Assembly: GCA_905178155.1 (NCBI GenBank)
Contig: CAJINV010000001.1
Location: forward strand, 5,305,994-5,369,993
Direction of reading: 5' to 3'
DNA: 64,000 nt
Source of the DNA: Amoebophrya sp. A120
Taxonomy: Eukaryota; Protista; Dinoflagellata
Notes under the pieces: generated by a model
Told to the model about the DNA's origin: nothing
What the model saw: only the letters and a program-made list of their open reading frames with translations
Database searches by the model: none
Shown here: positions 9,862-21,333 of the stretch, piece after piece
Layout: every line of letters starts with the position of its first letter
Position numbering within the stretch: the stretch's first letter is position 1
Made by a program: the position numbers and the translations under genes

Positions 9862-12800
9862 CTATGTGGTAGAAAAGCCATTCAAAAAGTCGAGGTTGGG
9901 AAAGGCCGGACTGGAGGCCTTGGCTCGACGGCGCTCCTCTCGTGCGAGGAAAAGCCGATCTTTTCGATCCGGAAGTGCTATTGGCGCCGCACCCGGTGGG
10001 CGGGCGGGCTGAAAACAAGCACTTTTGTCCTCTTCTTGCGCAATGTCGCCATGCAGTGGCCTACCCGTATAGCTGGTACTAGTATCCGCCGCGTTCGCAG
10101 AGACTCTACTCCCACCAGAAGCACCCCCGGCGCTGCCGAGGAGCTTGCTCCCCCTGCTGCCCCCCACCGGAAGAGGCTTCGGAACCGCAGCGGGCTGCGT
10201 TTGCTGCAGGTGCTGTTGCTGCTGGCCGCCCACGCGTGTACGGCTCGCACTGCGCTGCTGGTGTTGCTGCAGGAGCAGAGCAGCGGGAATCGGACGCTTC
10301 TGCTCCAGTGGGGACGACGCGGCGGCGACGCGGTTCTGCTCAAATTGATGTCCAAGCTTACTACCCGGCTTGGTATTTTGTGCCGGACTCCGTTGTCTCA
10401 TCTGTTGGCTACTTCGCGCGATGTTGTTCACAGACGCGTTGAGCCCGATCAGCTCGCTGCTGCTTCGCCGCAGGACGTTGGCACCCTGGCCCTTGCGCAG
10501 AAAGTTGGCGTGCACCGGCTGCGAGGGCGTCACCGTGCCCCCACCAGGGTCGCACTTGGATTTGGTTTTCCCCTCGGCGGGAGTGGGCGGCCCCGGCCCC
10601 GAAGCCGAACTGGAACTTCCTCCGTTTGAGATCTGCTCTACTGTGCCCGGTTGTGAAAAGGAGTTGCGCAAGTTCGCTGCACTCCGGTGGCAAGCCAGTA
10701 GCTTCGACTTCGATTTGTCCAGAGTCTGGGGCGGTGGCGCGGCCCCCTTTGAGCTTCGCCGAAAACTCGATGTGGCAAGATGATGAGCAGAGGGGTCAGT
10801 AGATGCAGGGTTAATATTATCTGCGCGTCCTGCGGTTTGCTTCACGATTCCCGCTTCTTGTTGTGCGGCAGGTCGTACGGTTGCTGCGGCTCCTACTGCG
10901 TTTGAACCAGTGTGTTGATCTCCCGTACTGGAGGAAAACGCTTGATGCGCTGTTAACAACCCAGCACTCAAACTGTCCTTTGTGCTGTTCCGGACATTCA
11001 TTTTTCCGCTGGCAGTAGAAGAAGTGGCTGCAGTAGTTGGTCTTACTCCTGGCAGGTTCGAACCGTGGCCACTTGGTGCAAGATCGGGCTTGACACTCGC
11101 GGGCCGCCCTGTAGAGTTACTAGAGGACGAGGATGACGACGGTGTTACAATAGTGGAAAAATTACCAGCACCACTTGCGCTTCCCACTCCCCCTACACTG
11201 GGGATCTTTGATGCAGCCCCATGCGAAGCTGTGCTTCCCAGCGAAAAAGACGCGTCGAGGTTCGTTTTGCCGCTTAACGCGACTTTGGTTGAAAAGTTCC
11301 AGGTTTTGTTCAAATTCTGCGAGGCCGCACTAAAATTCGCCGATCGCGTAGCCAGTGTGGGACTCTGACGAAGCGAGGTAAGACCGGAAGTACTAGATTT
11401 GCTCACGACCGAGGGGACCTGTGTGGGGCTTGAATTCGAAGCGCCGGAAGCGCTTGCCGCTGGTACTGCAGTTGGAGTAAGACCTGCAGTCGCAGCAGGG
11501 ACGGAAGTGGAAGTTGCGGTTTGGCTTGAACCTGATACAACCCCAGCAGGAGCAGCGGAAAGGTCAAGCGACACGCGACTCGACGTTCCGGTCGTTCGCG
11601 GTTTCGGCACAAACTTATTCGGAAGAAGACCGTTCGAAAAAGAGGCTGTCTATCCTGTGCAAAAGTATCGTACTCATCCCATTCATGCATTTACAAATTT
11701 CTTTCTCAAGTTAAATCCGTATTACAATATTTCTCATGGTGAGGAAATGTGTATTGCAATTGATACTAGTACGATACTTTTGCAATGCATACTGTCGCCA
11801 CCATACTCATTTTCGACGACACGTTGGCATTCGTTGACCGGGAGGATTGCGTTCGCTGCACCACGCGACTTACCAGGGCAGGCGCGGCCGGGTTGCTGGA
11901 GGAGGACGATGTTGTACTGCCGAACTGCATCGGGGGAGGAGCGGAGGACTGGGCGTGCACAGATGGTGCGGTAGAAGCAGCACCATTAACCGTACTACTT
12001 CCCGCATTGCTCTTTGATGGAAACTTTCGCAGGGTTGGTTTAAAGGCGTATGCGCCACTTGAAGAAGTTGATTTCTTGCTACTTGTTGCGGCATCAACGG
12101 GTCCAGGTGCTGCTGGTGTAGTAGTAGTTGTGCTCGATGCTATACCAGGAGCAGCTGCGGTAGATCTGCTTTCCGCCGATGCAGCGGCATCGAATGGCCT
12201 TTCCTGCGGAGCCGCTACAGAAGTACTCGTTGTCTTCGACGTGCCGGCAGTGACCACCTGAACCGGGCGATCGGCAGCGCGGGCCGAAGAACTTGCGCTG
12301 CCAGACCGAGACGGCGGTTGAGACGCGTGCGTTCCGCTACTTCGTGCGGGTTGCTGCGACGTCGTCGCTGTTTTCTCCTTACTGCTGGTGGGCGTGGTTT
12401 TTTTCCCGAACACATTCTCACAAATCGTCACGTGCTTTTTGTACGACACGGCGTTGAAACTGCGGGAGCAATTCGCGCACCGGAACAAGGTATCAAATGC
12501 AAAAATGTCTGGGTCTGGAAACTTGTGACGCTACGATGTGCATGATGAAAACACTTCCTAATGCAGTCCGGCATGACAAGTTCCCAAAACGTTTTCTCAT
12601 AGGCAATCCGCATGAGAAACTGCGTTTTTGCATGACAAAAGAGGCTGCGACTTTTGTTGGTTATGCAATACAGATTTTCATTTTCTAGGTATGGAAAGCT
12701 AGCATTACAAGTTCCAACCTTCCAGACCCAGACATTTTTACAATCCATACAAGGTGGGCTCGTTCTCTTCCGCGAGTAAGGTTTCCGCCTCCGCCTGAGC

Positions 12801-14505
12801 CGCAAGCTCGTGCGCTGTGAAAAGATTTAGACAAGAGAAGCATCCATGGACGTACAGCCTTGCTACTCAGACGCAGCGACTAGTGCTAAGATTCTTGAAT
12901 CTGCATTCTGTTGATTGAATTCAAAGAAAAGTGGTTCCATACCTCGTTCCGCGAGATTTTTGATGACTCGGTCATCCGCGAGGGTCGGCGTGCAAATGGT
13001 TGCGGCCTCCACTTCGTCGGGGATCCCAAAGGTTTCCACGAGGTCCTGTTGCGTCAACACGGAGCCTGGATCGTACTTCGGGGGCTTCTCGGGAAGAAAA
13101 GCAGGGGCTTGGCTGGTGTTCTTCTCTTCAACCACAACAACCTCGGGGCTGCTGCTGACCATGGACTGGGCGTCGAATTGGCCTGAGCGCGCGGCCTCGG
13201 ATCGCTGGTCGGACGAGGCCAGAAAATCGGTTGGTGACTTGCTCGTTGAGAAAAGTAGACTTGAACACAGCAGCGGTGACTGCAACTTCGGCTCCGGCAG
13301 CAGAGGGACCTCGGGCAAAAGTCTTCTCTCATGGTGCGACGTGCTCGTAGTTGGAATTGCTGCTTTGAAGGACCAAGGCGGCGCGTTGTCATTGCTACAA
13401 CTCCCGACGGCCGTCTTGCTCAGCGGAGGTTCGAGAAGCGTTTCCGGTGCTGCGGATCGGACCGATATCAAATGTAAAAATGTCTGGGTCTGGAAGATTC
13501 TGAGACTTGTCATGCATGTTTTGCATTGGCCGTGATGTCTGTGATGCATGCCCTAGCATCACAGATTTTTATTTTTTGAGGGCTTCGCGATGCCTATTCC
13601 GCATGACAAATTCCCTCTCCGCGTAGCGAAAATTGCATTCCCTTTGCTGCTCATGCAATACAGATTTTTTTGGAATCCAAATTCAGCAGCACAAGTTGCG
13701 GTCTTCCAGACCCAGACATTTTTGCATTTGATAACCGAGACAGCGCGCCGATTTACCAAGGGACTGATGCTATCCGGTGATGTTGTCTCCTCTGCCTTCG
13801 AAGAGGCGCCCTGGGAAAGCGTGCCATTGATGGTCCGCTCTGCGCTCCTTGCTTGCTCCGGTAAAGGCGCGGCGAGTAACTGAAAATCAATATCGAGGAA
13901 CGCCAATCAAAAAAACTATCTAGGGGACAGAGAGAGCAACAACTTAAGAACCTCGAGATCTCACTAAATTTTCTCAACCTTGTTACCCGCTTGTCCGGAT
14001 CCAGGCCTTTCGATCTTTCCATCGGCCCCGTGCTCGACGCGGAACCACTGCTGCCGATTTCCAGCGCAGAGGTCGACGCCGCGATTCGGCGATCGGGGTA
14101 GAAGAGCAATGGCTGCTCTTTCGTGCCGGTATAAGTATCTCCATTTGCGGCCACCGGTCCGGTCTGGTCCTCGTGCCTGCGGTTGAAGATCGTCGGCGGT
14201 TTTAATAGTTCATCCCGCCCGTTATCGCGCTCTTCGTCCAACCTCCCTGCGCGACCGAAGTGGAAAGACTGGCTGACGAGCGGCGCTTCGTCCGCCAAAG
14301 GAGGCCCCGCGTCAAAGCTCTGTTCTATCACGAAGGACCGGTCCATCTTGCGCGCGTCGAACTTGGGCCGCTTGGAGCGGAACACGTTCTTGCAGTTTTT
14401 CGCATGTTTCTCGAATGACTGCTGCACCAAAAAGGTTCGTTGACATGTGGGGCACTGAAACAGCCCCCGGCCGGTCGGCTCCCCTGGCGGGGGCGCGCGC
14501 ACCAT
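9862..14505 (-). CDS. C2HC zinc-finger protein (ZC2HC1/FAM164-like, two fingers, long S/T/A-rich disordered regions), about 1,241 aa; join(14505..13987, 13879..13734, 13460..12943, 12814..12750, 12485..11792, 11645..9862)
   Basis: Fingers CPTCQRTF..FEKHAKNCKNVFRSKRPKFD and CANCSRSF..YKKHVTICENVF. Two GT-AG introns (13986..13880, 12942..12815) plus three TIR elements join all pieces in frame (3726 nt). Confidence 0.8.
11651..11791. mobile_element. MITE-like introner, family B (141 bp)
   Basis: Perfect 17-bp IR TGCAAAAGTATCGTACT (11658-11674 / 11768-11784) inside TAT...ATA ends. 5-bp direct repeat CTGTC at 11646-11650 and 11792-11796. Removal fuses two ORFs in frame (..MVAT|ASFSNGLLPNKFVPKPR..). 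Confidence 0.88.
12491..12749. mobile_element. MITE-like introner, family A copy 2 (259 bp)
   Basis: 30-bp TIR with 4 mismatches (12491-12520 / 12720-12749). TSD CAAGG at 12486-12490 and 12750-12754. Removal gives ..ENEPTL|FRCANC.., leading into the second zinc finger. Confidence 0.92.
13466..13733. mobile_element. MITE-like introner, family A copy 3 (268 bp)
   Basis: 32-bp TIR TATCAAATG(T/C)AAAAATGTCTGGGTCTGGAAGA with 1 mismatch (13466-13497 / 13702-13733). TSD ACCGA at 13461-13465 and 13734-13738. Removal gives ..RRAVSV|RSAAPE.. in frame. Confidence 0.93.
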
Positions 14506-15081
14506 GATTTTTGGGTAGAAGTTAGCTCCTGCGTTGCGGGCGACGGGTGGTTAAGTACTTCATCGAAGCGCTTTCCTCGATCGCAACATTTTGTGTTGCA
14601 TGCTCAACAAGTCAGACGTGACGCTCACCTATCGTACACTAACGGGCTCAACAAAACGAACTTCATGAGAGTCGTAAGTTCAAAAAGCAAAAGTCTTCGA
14701 TAGGTACAACCATGTGGAGAGAGGACCGCCAACCGAAGGAAACACACGCACCATTTTGTAGACAGAGCTGCTACAGCTCAGTGTCAGTTCCAAAATTGAT
14801 TCTGCTCAAACAGCAACAGGACGTCTGGCGTTACCACACGAACGTATTGCCTGCCTATCCAAGAAAACTCTCTGCCGCACAGTGGCGACGTGGAAGAATG
14901 TGAACACTTAGTCACTTGTTCTCAGACGAAAAGCGCAAGGTCGTCCTCGTCGCTCTCCAACAGCGTTTGCAACTGCAGATGTACGAAGAGGACAACAAGA
15001 CATGGATACTCCCAGAAGTCAGTGTCAGTGTCAGTCGCAGAGCAGAGCAGTCGAGGAGCATAGGTCACACCCAAAAGTTTT

Positions 15082-17928
15082 TCAGTCCTCTGAAGATGAC
15101 GAAATAACGACAACTTCGTTTTCCTCACGAACAACATTGGTTTTCTTCACCGCAGGACCTCTTTCGGCCGTTCCTTCTTCGAAGGTGAGTCTCTTCTTTG
15201 TCGAACTCAGTACGTCCCGCGCAAACGTTTTTGCCGACCCCGTTTTTTCCGCAGCCGGTGTCAACAAGGTCGTATTGCCAGCCGTTTCCGGAGCGGCTCC
15301 AGCAGCGGCTCCGGCGATTCCCGTATGCAACTGCGACGAGGATGTTGCGGTAATTTTGCTACCTCGACCAGGAGGCGCTGTCGCTGTCGTGTTCTTCGCC
15401 GCAAAAGACGGAGCTAAGGAGCTCTTCGCCATGCCGCCGACCGGGTTCTTTCCCGGTATGTGCAGCCACTTGTCGAGGGAAAGGTGGCGGGCGACCTTCT
15501 TCTTTTCTGTTTTCTGTTGGCTAGTAGTGGATCCGCTGCTTGCTGCGTTTTGCTGCTGCGCTGCCCCGTCTGCACCTCCGTGTGATGCACTTCGCACAGG
15601 CTCGCTATTCGTCCCAGGTGGCAGAACGTCCGCTGATTCTCCAAAATCATCATCGTCCGCGACCAGCAAACTGCTCTTTCTGCTGAGCTTCCCGGAGCTT
15701 TTGGCTTTCGCTTTTGCGGACGTTTTCCTGGGCGTCTTCTTCGCCGCTGCGGATTTTGGCACATTCAGGTTGTCTAGCTCTTCCGCCCGACTTGGGTCGA
15801 ACCGGCGTACCAAAGACTTTCTTACCTCGATCCAACCACTGAACCCGAAGTCGACGCAGCACAGCCAATGTTCCCCGTCTTGTGTCTTCTTTTTCAGGTT
15901 CAGGCGGCCTGTCGGCGGACAAAGCCCGCAAAACGATTGTGAGTCCGCAGTGGTGCGTTGCTCTTGCTGCATCTTCAAGGCTTGTTGTGCAAGAAGTTCT
16001 TCCTGCTGCTTGCTCTTTGCGCTTTGCTCTTGCCTTTGCCGCATGATGCTAGTCAGGTGAAACGCATTTTTTGAATTGGCTGAGGGTGGAGGAAGCATCC
16101 CCGCCACTGGGACATCTTCTCTCGACGGTCGGGCCGCGATCGCGTCGCGGAAGTACTTTTCGGCGAGAACAGTCTTCAGCCCGTTGCTTGTTTTCTCCGC
16201 ATTCTGTGGCAGACAATCCTCCAGTAACTTCCTGTCCAGTGAAAACGCGCAGCCTTGCTCCGTCTTTCTTGCTACAATTTCGTCCACAATTCGCATCGCT
16301 ACTGCGTCTTTATTGAGTAGAGCGTCAGCGCCGCCGTCGAGCTTCGTGTACATGTCGAATGTTGTCACTATCTTGTGCCCCGCGTCACCTCCAGCGCACT
16401 CCGATAGTCTCTTCCGGAGCAGCTGCAGGCAGTCGCCCTCGTACACATTTCTGTTGTACTGCGTAGCCTCTTCGGACGCATGCAACCTCTTCCGGACCGA
16501 CTCCAGGTCCTCCGGCTCCGTCGGCTCTCCTTTTTTCTTTGCTGCGCGGTTTCTTTTCTTTACTTCCTTTTGTTGCTCTTTGACCTGCAGTTCGGAGATG
16601 CCGCGGCGAAGGTTTTGAATCAAGGCAAACGCCTTGGCTGGCCCCGTGCCGCTGGCACCTTCCCCGTCAAAGTCGGACCCGCTGAGCGCGGCCAGAAACG
16701 CGAGCTCGTAGCGATTTAAGCTGCCCGGACTGCTAATGTCGACCGTAATGGCACTTGTCGTCGTCGTCGTGCTTGGGGCAGACACGGCACAAACGCTTGA
16801 CGTTGCTGCATCGTTCGCACCTTCCAGCACACCTTCCTCGAAGTCGATTTTTCGCTTCTTTAGTGGCGACACTTCTTCGTCGCGGCCGTGGCTGCTCACC
16901 AGCGGTATCTGTTCTGCCGCTCCATTATTATTCCGCAGCTCCTCGCGTGCTCGCATCAGCCTTTCGAGCAGGGAATCGGTTCCGGAGTCAATAATTGGGC
17001 CAGTGGCCGACGCTGCTGCGGTGGAGCTAAAAGAGCGAGAGCTGGTACTCGGAAGAGTGGCTTTCGCTTCCCCGGGTGGTGGTACTGCAGACATGTTGTC
17101 TACATTTGCGCGGCAGAGGGAGCCTTTCTTGTTGGAAACTGGCGCCGGAGTGAAATTCACAGGCCTGCTGCTGCTGGCTGCCGACGTCGAGGAAGTACTT
17201 GCTGAAATTTTGGCTGTCTTCGGCGACCTTGGTTTCGCAATGATTGCATCCTTCAGCGCTGGCATCTGCACCAACTCGGCCGCCACTTCACTGGGCTTGT
17301 TCCTTGGTTGAAGCTTTTTCAGGAGAGTAAAAGCGCCGTAGAGCAGCGCGTCCCCATCGGGAGTGTCGACGAAGGACGCAACTCCCTTTTTCAGCAGGAC
17401 TGTCTGCAACGCGGCACACAGTGCCTCTGCCTCCCCAGGAGCTTCCAAAACATCCTGGCCGAACGCCCGGAACAGCGCAACGATATCGCTGTACAGGTCC
17501 TCGCTGAATCGCCTGCGGACCCGCGAAGGGTCCGATTTTTTTCCCCGGGGGACCTCTCTGCTGTCAAGAACGCCGATGACGCACTTGACGCCCAGCGTAA
17601 CGAGGCGGCAAAGTTTGCGAAAAATGGTCAAGATGACGAACTTGTCTTGCGCGTTACTGCCCCACTGGCGCTGCTGTTCCGCAAAACTTTCGCTCGCAAC
17701 GCGGGCACTTTCTGCAACAGCAGTCACACTACTTGCTGCGTTAGCGATCGTATTTCCACCGCCGAGGTTTGGCTGGTTGTGGAATATGAAGATTGCCTCC
17801 ACAATCCAGCGGGCGAGGTCGACAATCAGAATTTGGTCCTCCAAGAGCTCGGAAAGCCGCTGCCCCCCCTTCACGGGCCGGACAACGTCGTGGTCGTTCA
17901 GAAGTGGCCAAAGGCCCTTGACCGTCAT
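15082..17928 (-). CDS. GEN1: XPG/Rad2-family nuclease, most like GEN1 Holliday-junction resolvase (948 aa)
   Basis: N-terminal MTVKGLWPLL and ILIVDLARW; I-region EAPGEAEALCAAL..DGDALLYGA; H3TH segment ALSGSDF..GTGPAKA. Low-complexity insertions and a basic C-terminus. The subfamily call is tentative. Confidence 0.75.
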   Translation of the reverse strand: MTVKGLWPLLNDHDVVRPVKGGQRLSELLEDQILIVDLARWIVEAIFIFHNQPNLGGGNTIANAASSVTAVAESARVASESFAEQQRQWGSNAQDKFVILTIFRKLCRLVTLGVKCVIGVLDSREVPRGKKSDPSRVRRRFSEDLYSDIVALFRAFGQDVLEAPGEAEALCAALQTVLLKKGVASFVDTPDGDALLYGAFTLLKKLQPRNKPSEVAAELVQMPALKDAIIAKPRSPKTAKISASTSSTSAASSSRPVNFTPAPVSNKKGSLCRANVDNMSAVPPPGEAKATLPSTSSRSFSSTAAASATGPIIDSGTDSLLERLMRAREELRNNNGAAEQIPLVSSHGRDEEVSPLKKRKIDFEEGVLEGANDAATSSVCAVSAPSTTTTTSAITVDISSPGSLNRYELAFLAALSGSDFDGEGASGTGPAKAFALIQNLRRGISELQVKEQQKEVKKRNRAAKKKGEPTEPEDLESVRKRLHASEEATQYNRNVYEGDCLQLLRKRLSECAGGDAGHKIVTTFDMYTKLDGGADALLNKDAVAMRIVDEIVARKTEQGCAFSLDRKLLEDCLPQNAEKTSNGLKTVLAEKYFRDAIAARPSREDVPVAGMLPPPSANSKNAFHLTSIMRQRQEQSAKSKQQEELLAQQALKMQQEQRTTADSQSFCGLCPPTGRLNLKKKTQDGEHWLCCVDFGFSGWIEVRKSLVRRFDPSRAEELDNLNVPKSAAAKKTPRKTSAKAKAKSSGKLSRKSSLLVADDDDFGESADVLPPGTNSEPVRSASHGGADGAAQQQNAASSGSTTSQQKTEKKKVARHLSLDKWLHIPGKNPVGGMAKSSLAPSFAAKNTTATAPPGRGSKITATSSSQLHTGIAGAAAGAAPETAGNTTLLTPAAEKTGSAKTFARDVLSSTKKRLTFEEGTAERGPAVKKTNVVREENEVVVISSSSED

Positions 17929-19200
17929 AGTTCTGGAGGTTTTTGGGTGTTACTGTACAATTTATCAATTTTTTTCAGATTAATGAAAACCTCGAAATCG
18001 GTCTCGGCACGGCAAAACAGATTTGTGGTTCTGCTCTGGTAAAGTTCTGGGTGGACTACTCAAGGCGCCGAAAGTCAAGCTAGTAGTCCAGTGTTGTCGC
18101 TGACAGGGCTCTTCATCTAAAAGTTAATTTTTTGAGATCGCCAAGGATCTCGTGGAGTACTGCACGCGGTTCCTTCCTCAAAAACACAATAAATCAAAAT
18201 CACGCAGTGCAGCAGTTTCAGAATAAAACTGAACTCCTACAACAAATCTAAAAAGTTCAGTTTGGTGGTTCGCAAAGAAACAAGTTCAAACAAGAGGCGG
18301 GATGCTTATAGATATGGCCTGTTTGGCGACATTTTGCGGAGACGACATCTGCGCTGGTTTGCGAAACTTGCACGATTTTCTTCACGACCATTTGATTCCA
18401 AATTTGGTACCTCACGACTTGATCGTCTCGCACTCGAAAATTGCACGAAGAAAAGAAGCAAGTGTTAGCAAAAAACGACAGAGTGTTAGGGAAGAAAAAT
18501 GACAGCACAATCAGATCGACTTGGAACGGTCAGTTTTGGCACGACAGCGACAACGACAACAATGCTGAACGAAGCAAACAAACGCAGGGCACAACCTCTT
18601 ATCTAGCTGGACCTTTTGAACGATCTCTCGTAGTTGCAAAAAACTTCGTTCCATACTACCTTTCAAGATTCCAAAGCCCGCTGCTGCAAGAATTGAAATG
18701 CCGATGTGCTTCGCGTTATTCAATGCATCTTATGGTTGTTCATTATTTGCGCATGTTTCTTTTTCTGGCTCTACTCGGTCATCCGCGTTGCGTAAGGGCA
18801 GGGAAAAGGCTGCATAGGACAAAAAAAGAATCTTTGTAGCTAGGTCTTCAAAAAAGCATGAAATGGTGCAAAATATCATTGTCTGAGAGGATTCGCGAAA
18901 AAAACATCAATGCACGCTGCCAATTGCTGATAGCCTCGCGATTTTCGGTCGCCTAAAACATTTTCAGACAAGCCGATATTGGTTTATGACAAAATGATAG
19001 ACAGTCGCCTATGCTGCTCATTCGATTTGTGACAACGGAAAAATTACTTGCGTTTTCTGAATTAATTAATGCTCTCTACTAGGTAGTTGTGCTGCTGTGG
19101 ATAATAGTTGTTTGTGGTTCGAACAGTGTTAAAAGGAATGCAAACGTCCCGTCCTCTGTTCGCGTTCAAAAAAAAAAGTAGGGCCAGGCTCATCCGCACC

Positions 19201-20301
19201 CTACTGTCCACAGTGGGACGGCATCGACGCGAAACCCCCGGCTAGTGAGTTGGCAAAGGACATAGACGGCATGGAGGCCATGGAGGAAAAGGCAACCGAA
19301 GAAGCCGCTTGCGTGCTGGGCGTGCAAATGTCGTCTTTCCCGCCCTTCCCCACTAACTGCAGCTCCTCGGCTGTCGTGGTCAAGAGGAGTGGTCCGGGGG
19401 TGAAGACATTCCGATTCTCCTCTGGCCGGCTGGCCTCGGGTCTGCCACCCGCTGCCGTGGTTGCCTGGAAGTGATATGGGTGGAGATGCAGACCGAATCA
19501 GCGGAGAACCCTTTAAGCAAAAGAAAAACAGGCTGCTCATGCAGATGATGTCGAGAAAAACGATGAGGACGAACTGTCCATACCTGCCCTCTGTCCTGGT
19601 CAAACCTCGTGTCCACTGTCGGGTGCTGGTTTGTGTCGTAGGGTTGCTTGGCAAATATCCGGTTCATCGTGTCCATGGGATGTTGCGCCGGTCGTGCCAT
19701 GGCGTTTTCGTTTGTTGATGCACTTCTGGATGCTTCACCGAATGCAGAGGACGTTGAGGAACTCGCTTTGTCGTCGCGTATTCTCCCTATCACATACCGG
19801 TCCGCCTTCTCCTCGGTCTCTGCCATGGATCGTAGTGCCTCTGCGCCACCCTCGTTTCGCTGGCTGAACCTGAAGGGAGGGGATGGAAAAATATTTATCA
19901 TTTTCGTCCGCATCATGTTGCAAGTGCAACTAGGTTCGAATGAGATTTCTATCTCAGAAGTAGCATTGAGATCTCAAATTCCCCCCTTACCTCTTCAGAT
20001 CGTAGATTTTGTCGTTCACGACGAGCAGGTGATCCTGTTTCGCCACTTCTTCCTTGGTAAACGCCCTTTGCACGAGAAACCGGTCCTCGGTCGCGGGGCC
20101 GGACGTCAGGAGCATTTTGTTTCTAAAATCTGCTGTCGATTGAGAATCTGGACACCAACGGAAACTAGATTTGTGAAACGCGGACCACAGGAGCAGGATA
20201 CAGTTTTGCAATAGGAAAGGCAACGCTTTCTGCTCTCTTGCTACTCTGACGGCGATGCGTTTTTGTCCGCTCACTAAGTCAGCCAGCTGATCTCTCGTCA
20301 T
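19201..20301 (-). CDS. Protein with degenerate cytochrome b5-like domain and low-complexity tail; introns 19990..19870 and 19583..19465; start uncertain (ATG 20115 or 20301)
   Basis: Spliced sequence RAFTKEEVAKQDHLLVVNDKIYDLKRFSQRNEGGAEAL..RYVIGRI follows the b5 pattern. Both introns are GT-AG and in frame. Confidence 0.6.
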
Positions 20302-21333
20302 CCCGGTAGCGCACCCTCAGAGTTTCAATTTGATGGAGAGTTCATTTGCACTTATTTCCCCCAAGAAACAATCAGGAGTCACGAGTTTAGCGCAGCAACT
20401 AGACGCCACCTGACCTTTCAAGAACTTTCGAGGGAAAGACTGGGCGCGGGCAGGAGATGAGTCAAACGTTTTTCGCTTGCTTCTTCTGAGTCGATGGTGA
20501 GAATGAGTGTGAAGATCTGTAGGCATGCAGATCAAATTACCATGTAGATCTCATGACACGATGCAAATCCCACTCGAAATCCACGATCTGAAATCACATC
20601 ATGAGCGAAGAGCGATGGTACAGAGCGATGACGAAATGATGATGATGATGAACTTGTTCCTTTCCCCGAATGCAACAGTAACGTGGATGCTAGAACTTGT
20701 AGGTTGTCTACCGGCCTACGTGGTAGTTTTAGTGTTCTAACAAGATCAGAAATGTCGTTTCACAGATTGCGGCCAGAAACCGCATGATGAATGCGAGCGT
20801 GATATGAAAAAACATTCGTAAATTACCGAATCAAGTTTCTTGGAATACGAAGACCGCGAACGAAAAAGTTACAGTGACGGAGAAAGGTCTTCAGATGCTT
20901 CTAATGGTAATGGGCATACACATCATGTTGTGCCTGAAAGGACAGAAAAAAGTATATCTAGTTGAAAAAACAGTTCTACGTTACAGTGAGAAATTCTAAA
21001 CTTGCTGGTGCTCCGGTACCACGGGAGCAAATGTCATGGCCATTCTTCATCTATCAAGCACACAGTAACTGCGCACCAGCGAACTTGGTTCGTGACGGGC
21101 TAACTCTAGGTAAAAACGACCCGTGAAATGTTACGGAAACTGGAATATCAAAATAGTTTTATTTTCCAGCGTCCTAATAGAAAAAAACTGAAGCAAGTGC
21201 AAGACACTAAAACTTCAGCTCCATGCTCCAGGAGGTATACTTACTGCCGAGAAGCGCATACCCGGGGCCCTGTACGCGTGTTTCTTTGAACGCCGGTAGT
21301 TTGAAGATTGCTCCCTCGTCATCCCACTCAGCA

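Noticed and set aside
12815-12900. Apparent AT-AG intron in the C2HC gene
   Set aside because: A canonical GTATGG donor at 12942 gives the correct phase and a sensible peptide (AERAHELAAQ).
12428-13906. Recurring peptide KCKNVWVWK / FQTQTFLHL in several small ORFs (also 3616-3880)
   Set aside because: These are translations of the introner TIRs, not a protein repeat.
14922-14975. Possible extra last exon of the GEN1-like gene (LQTLLESDEDDLALFV*)
   Set aside because: An acceptor is plausible, but the ORF already has its own stop at 15082 and no donor could be chosen with confidence.
18000-19190. Short ORFs on both strands in the AT-rich spacer
   Set aside because: No motifs and no consistent exon chain; treated as intergenic or UTR.
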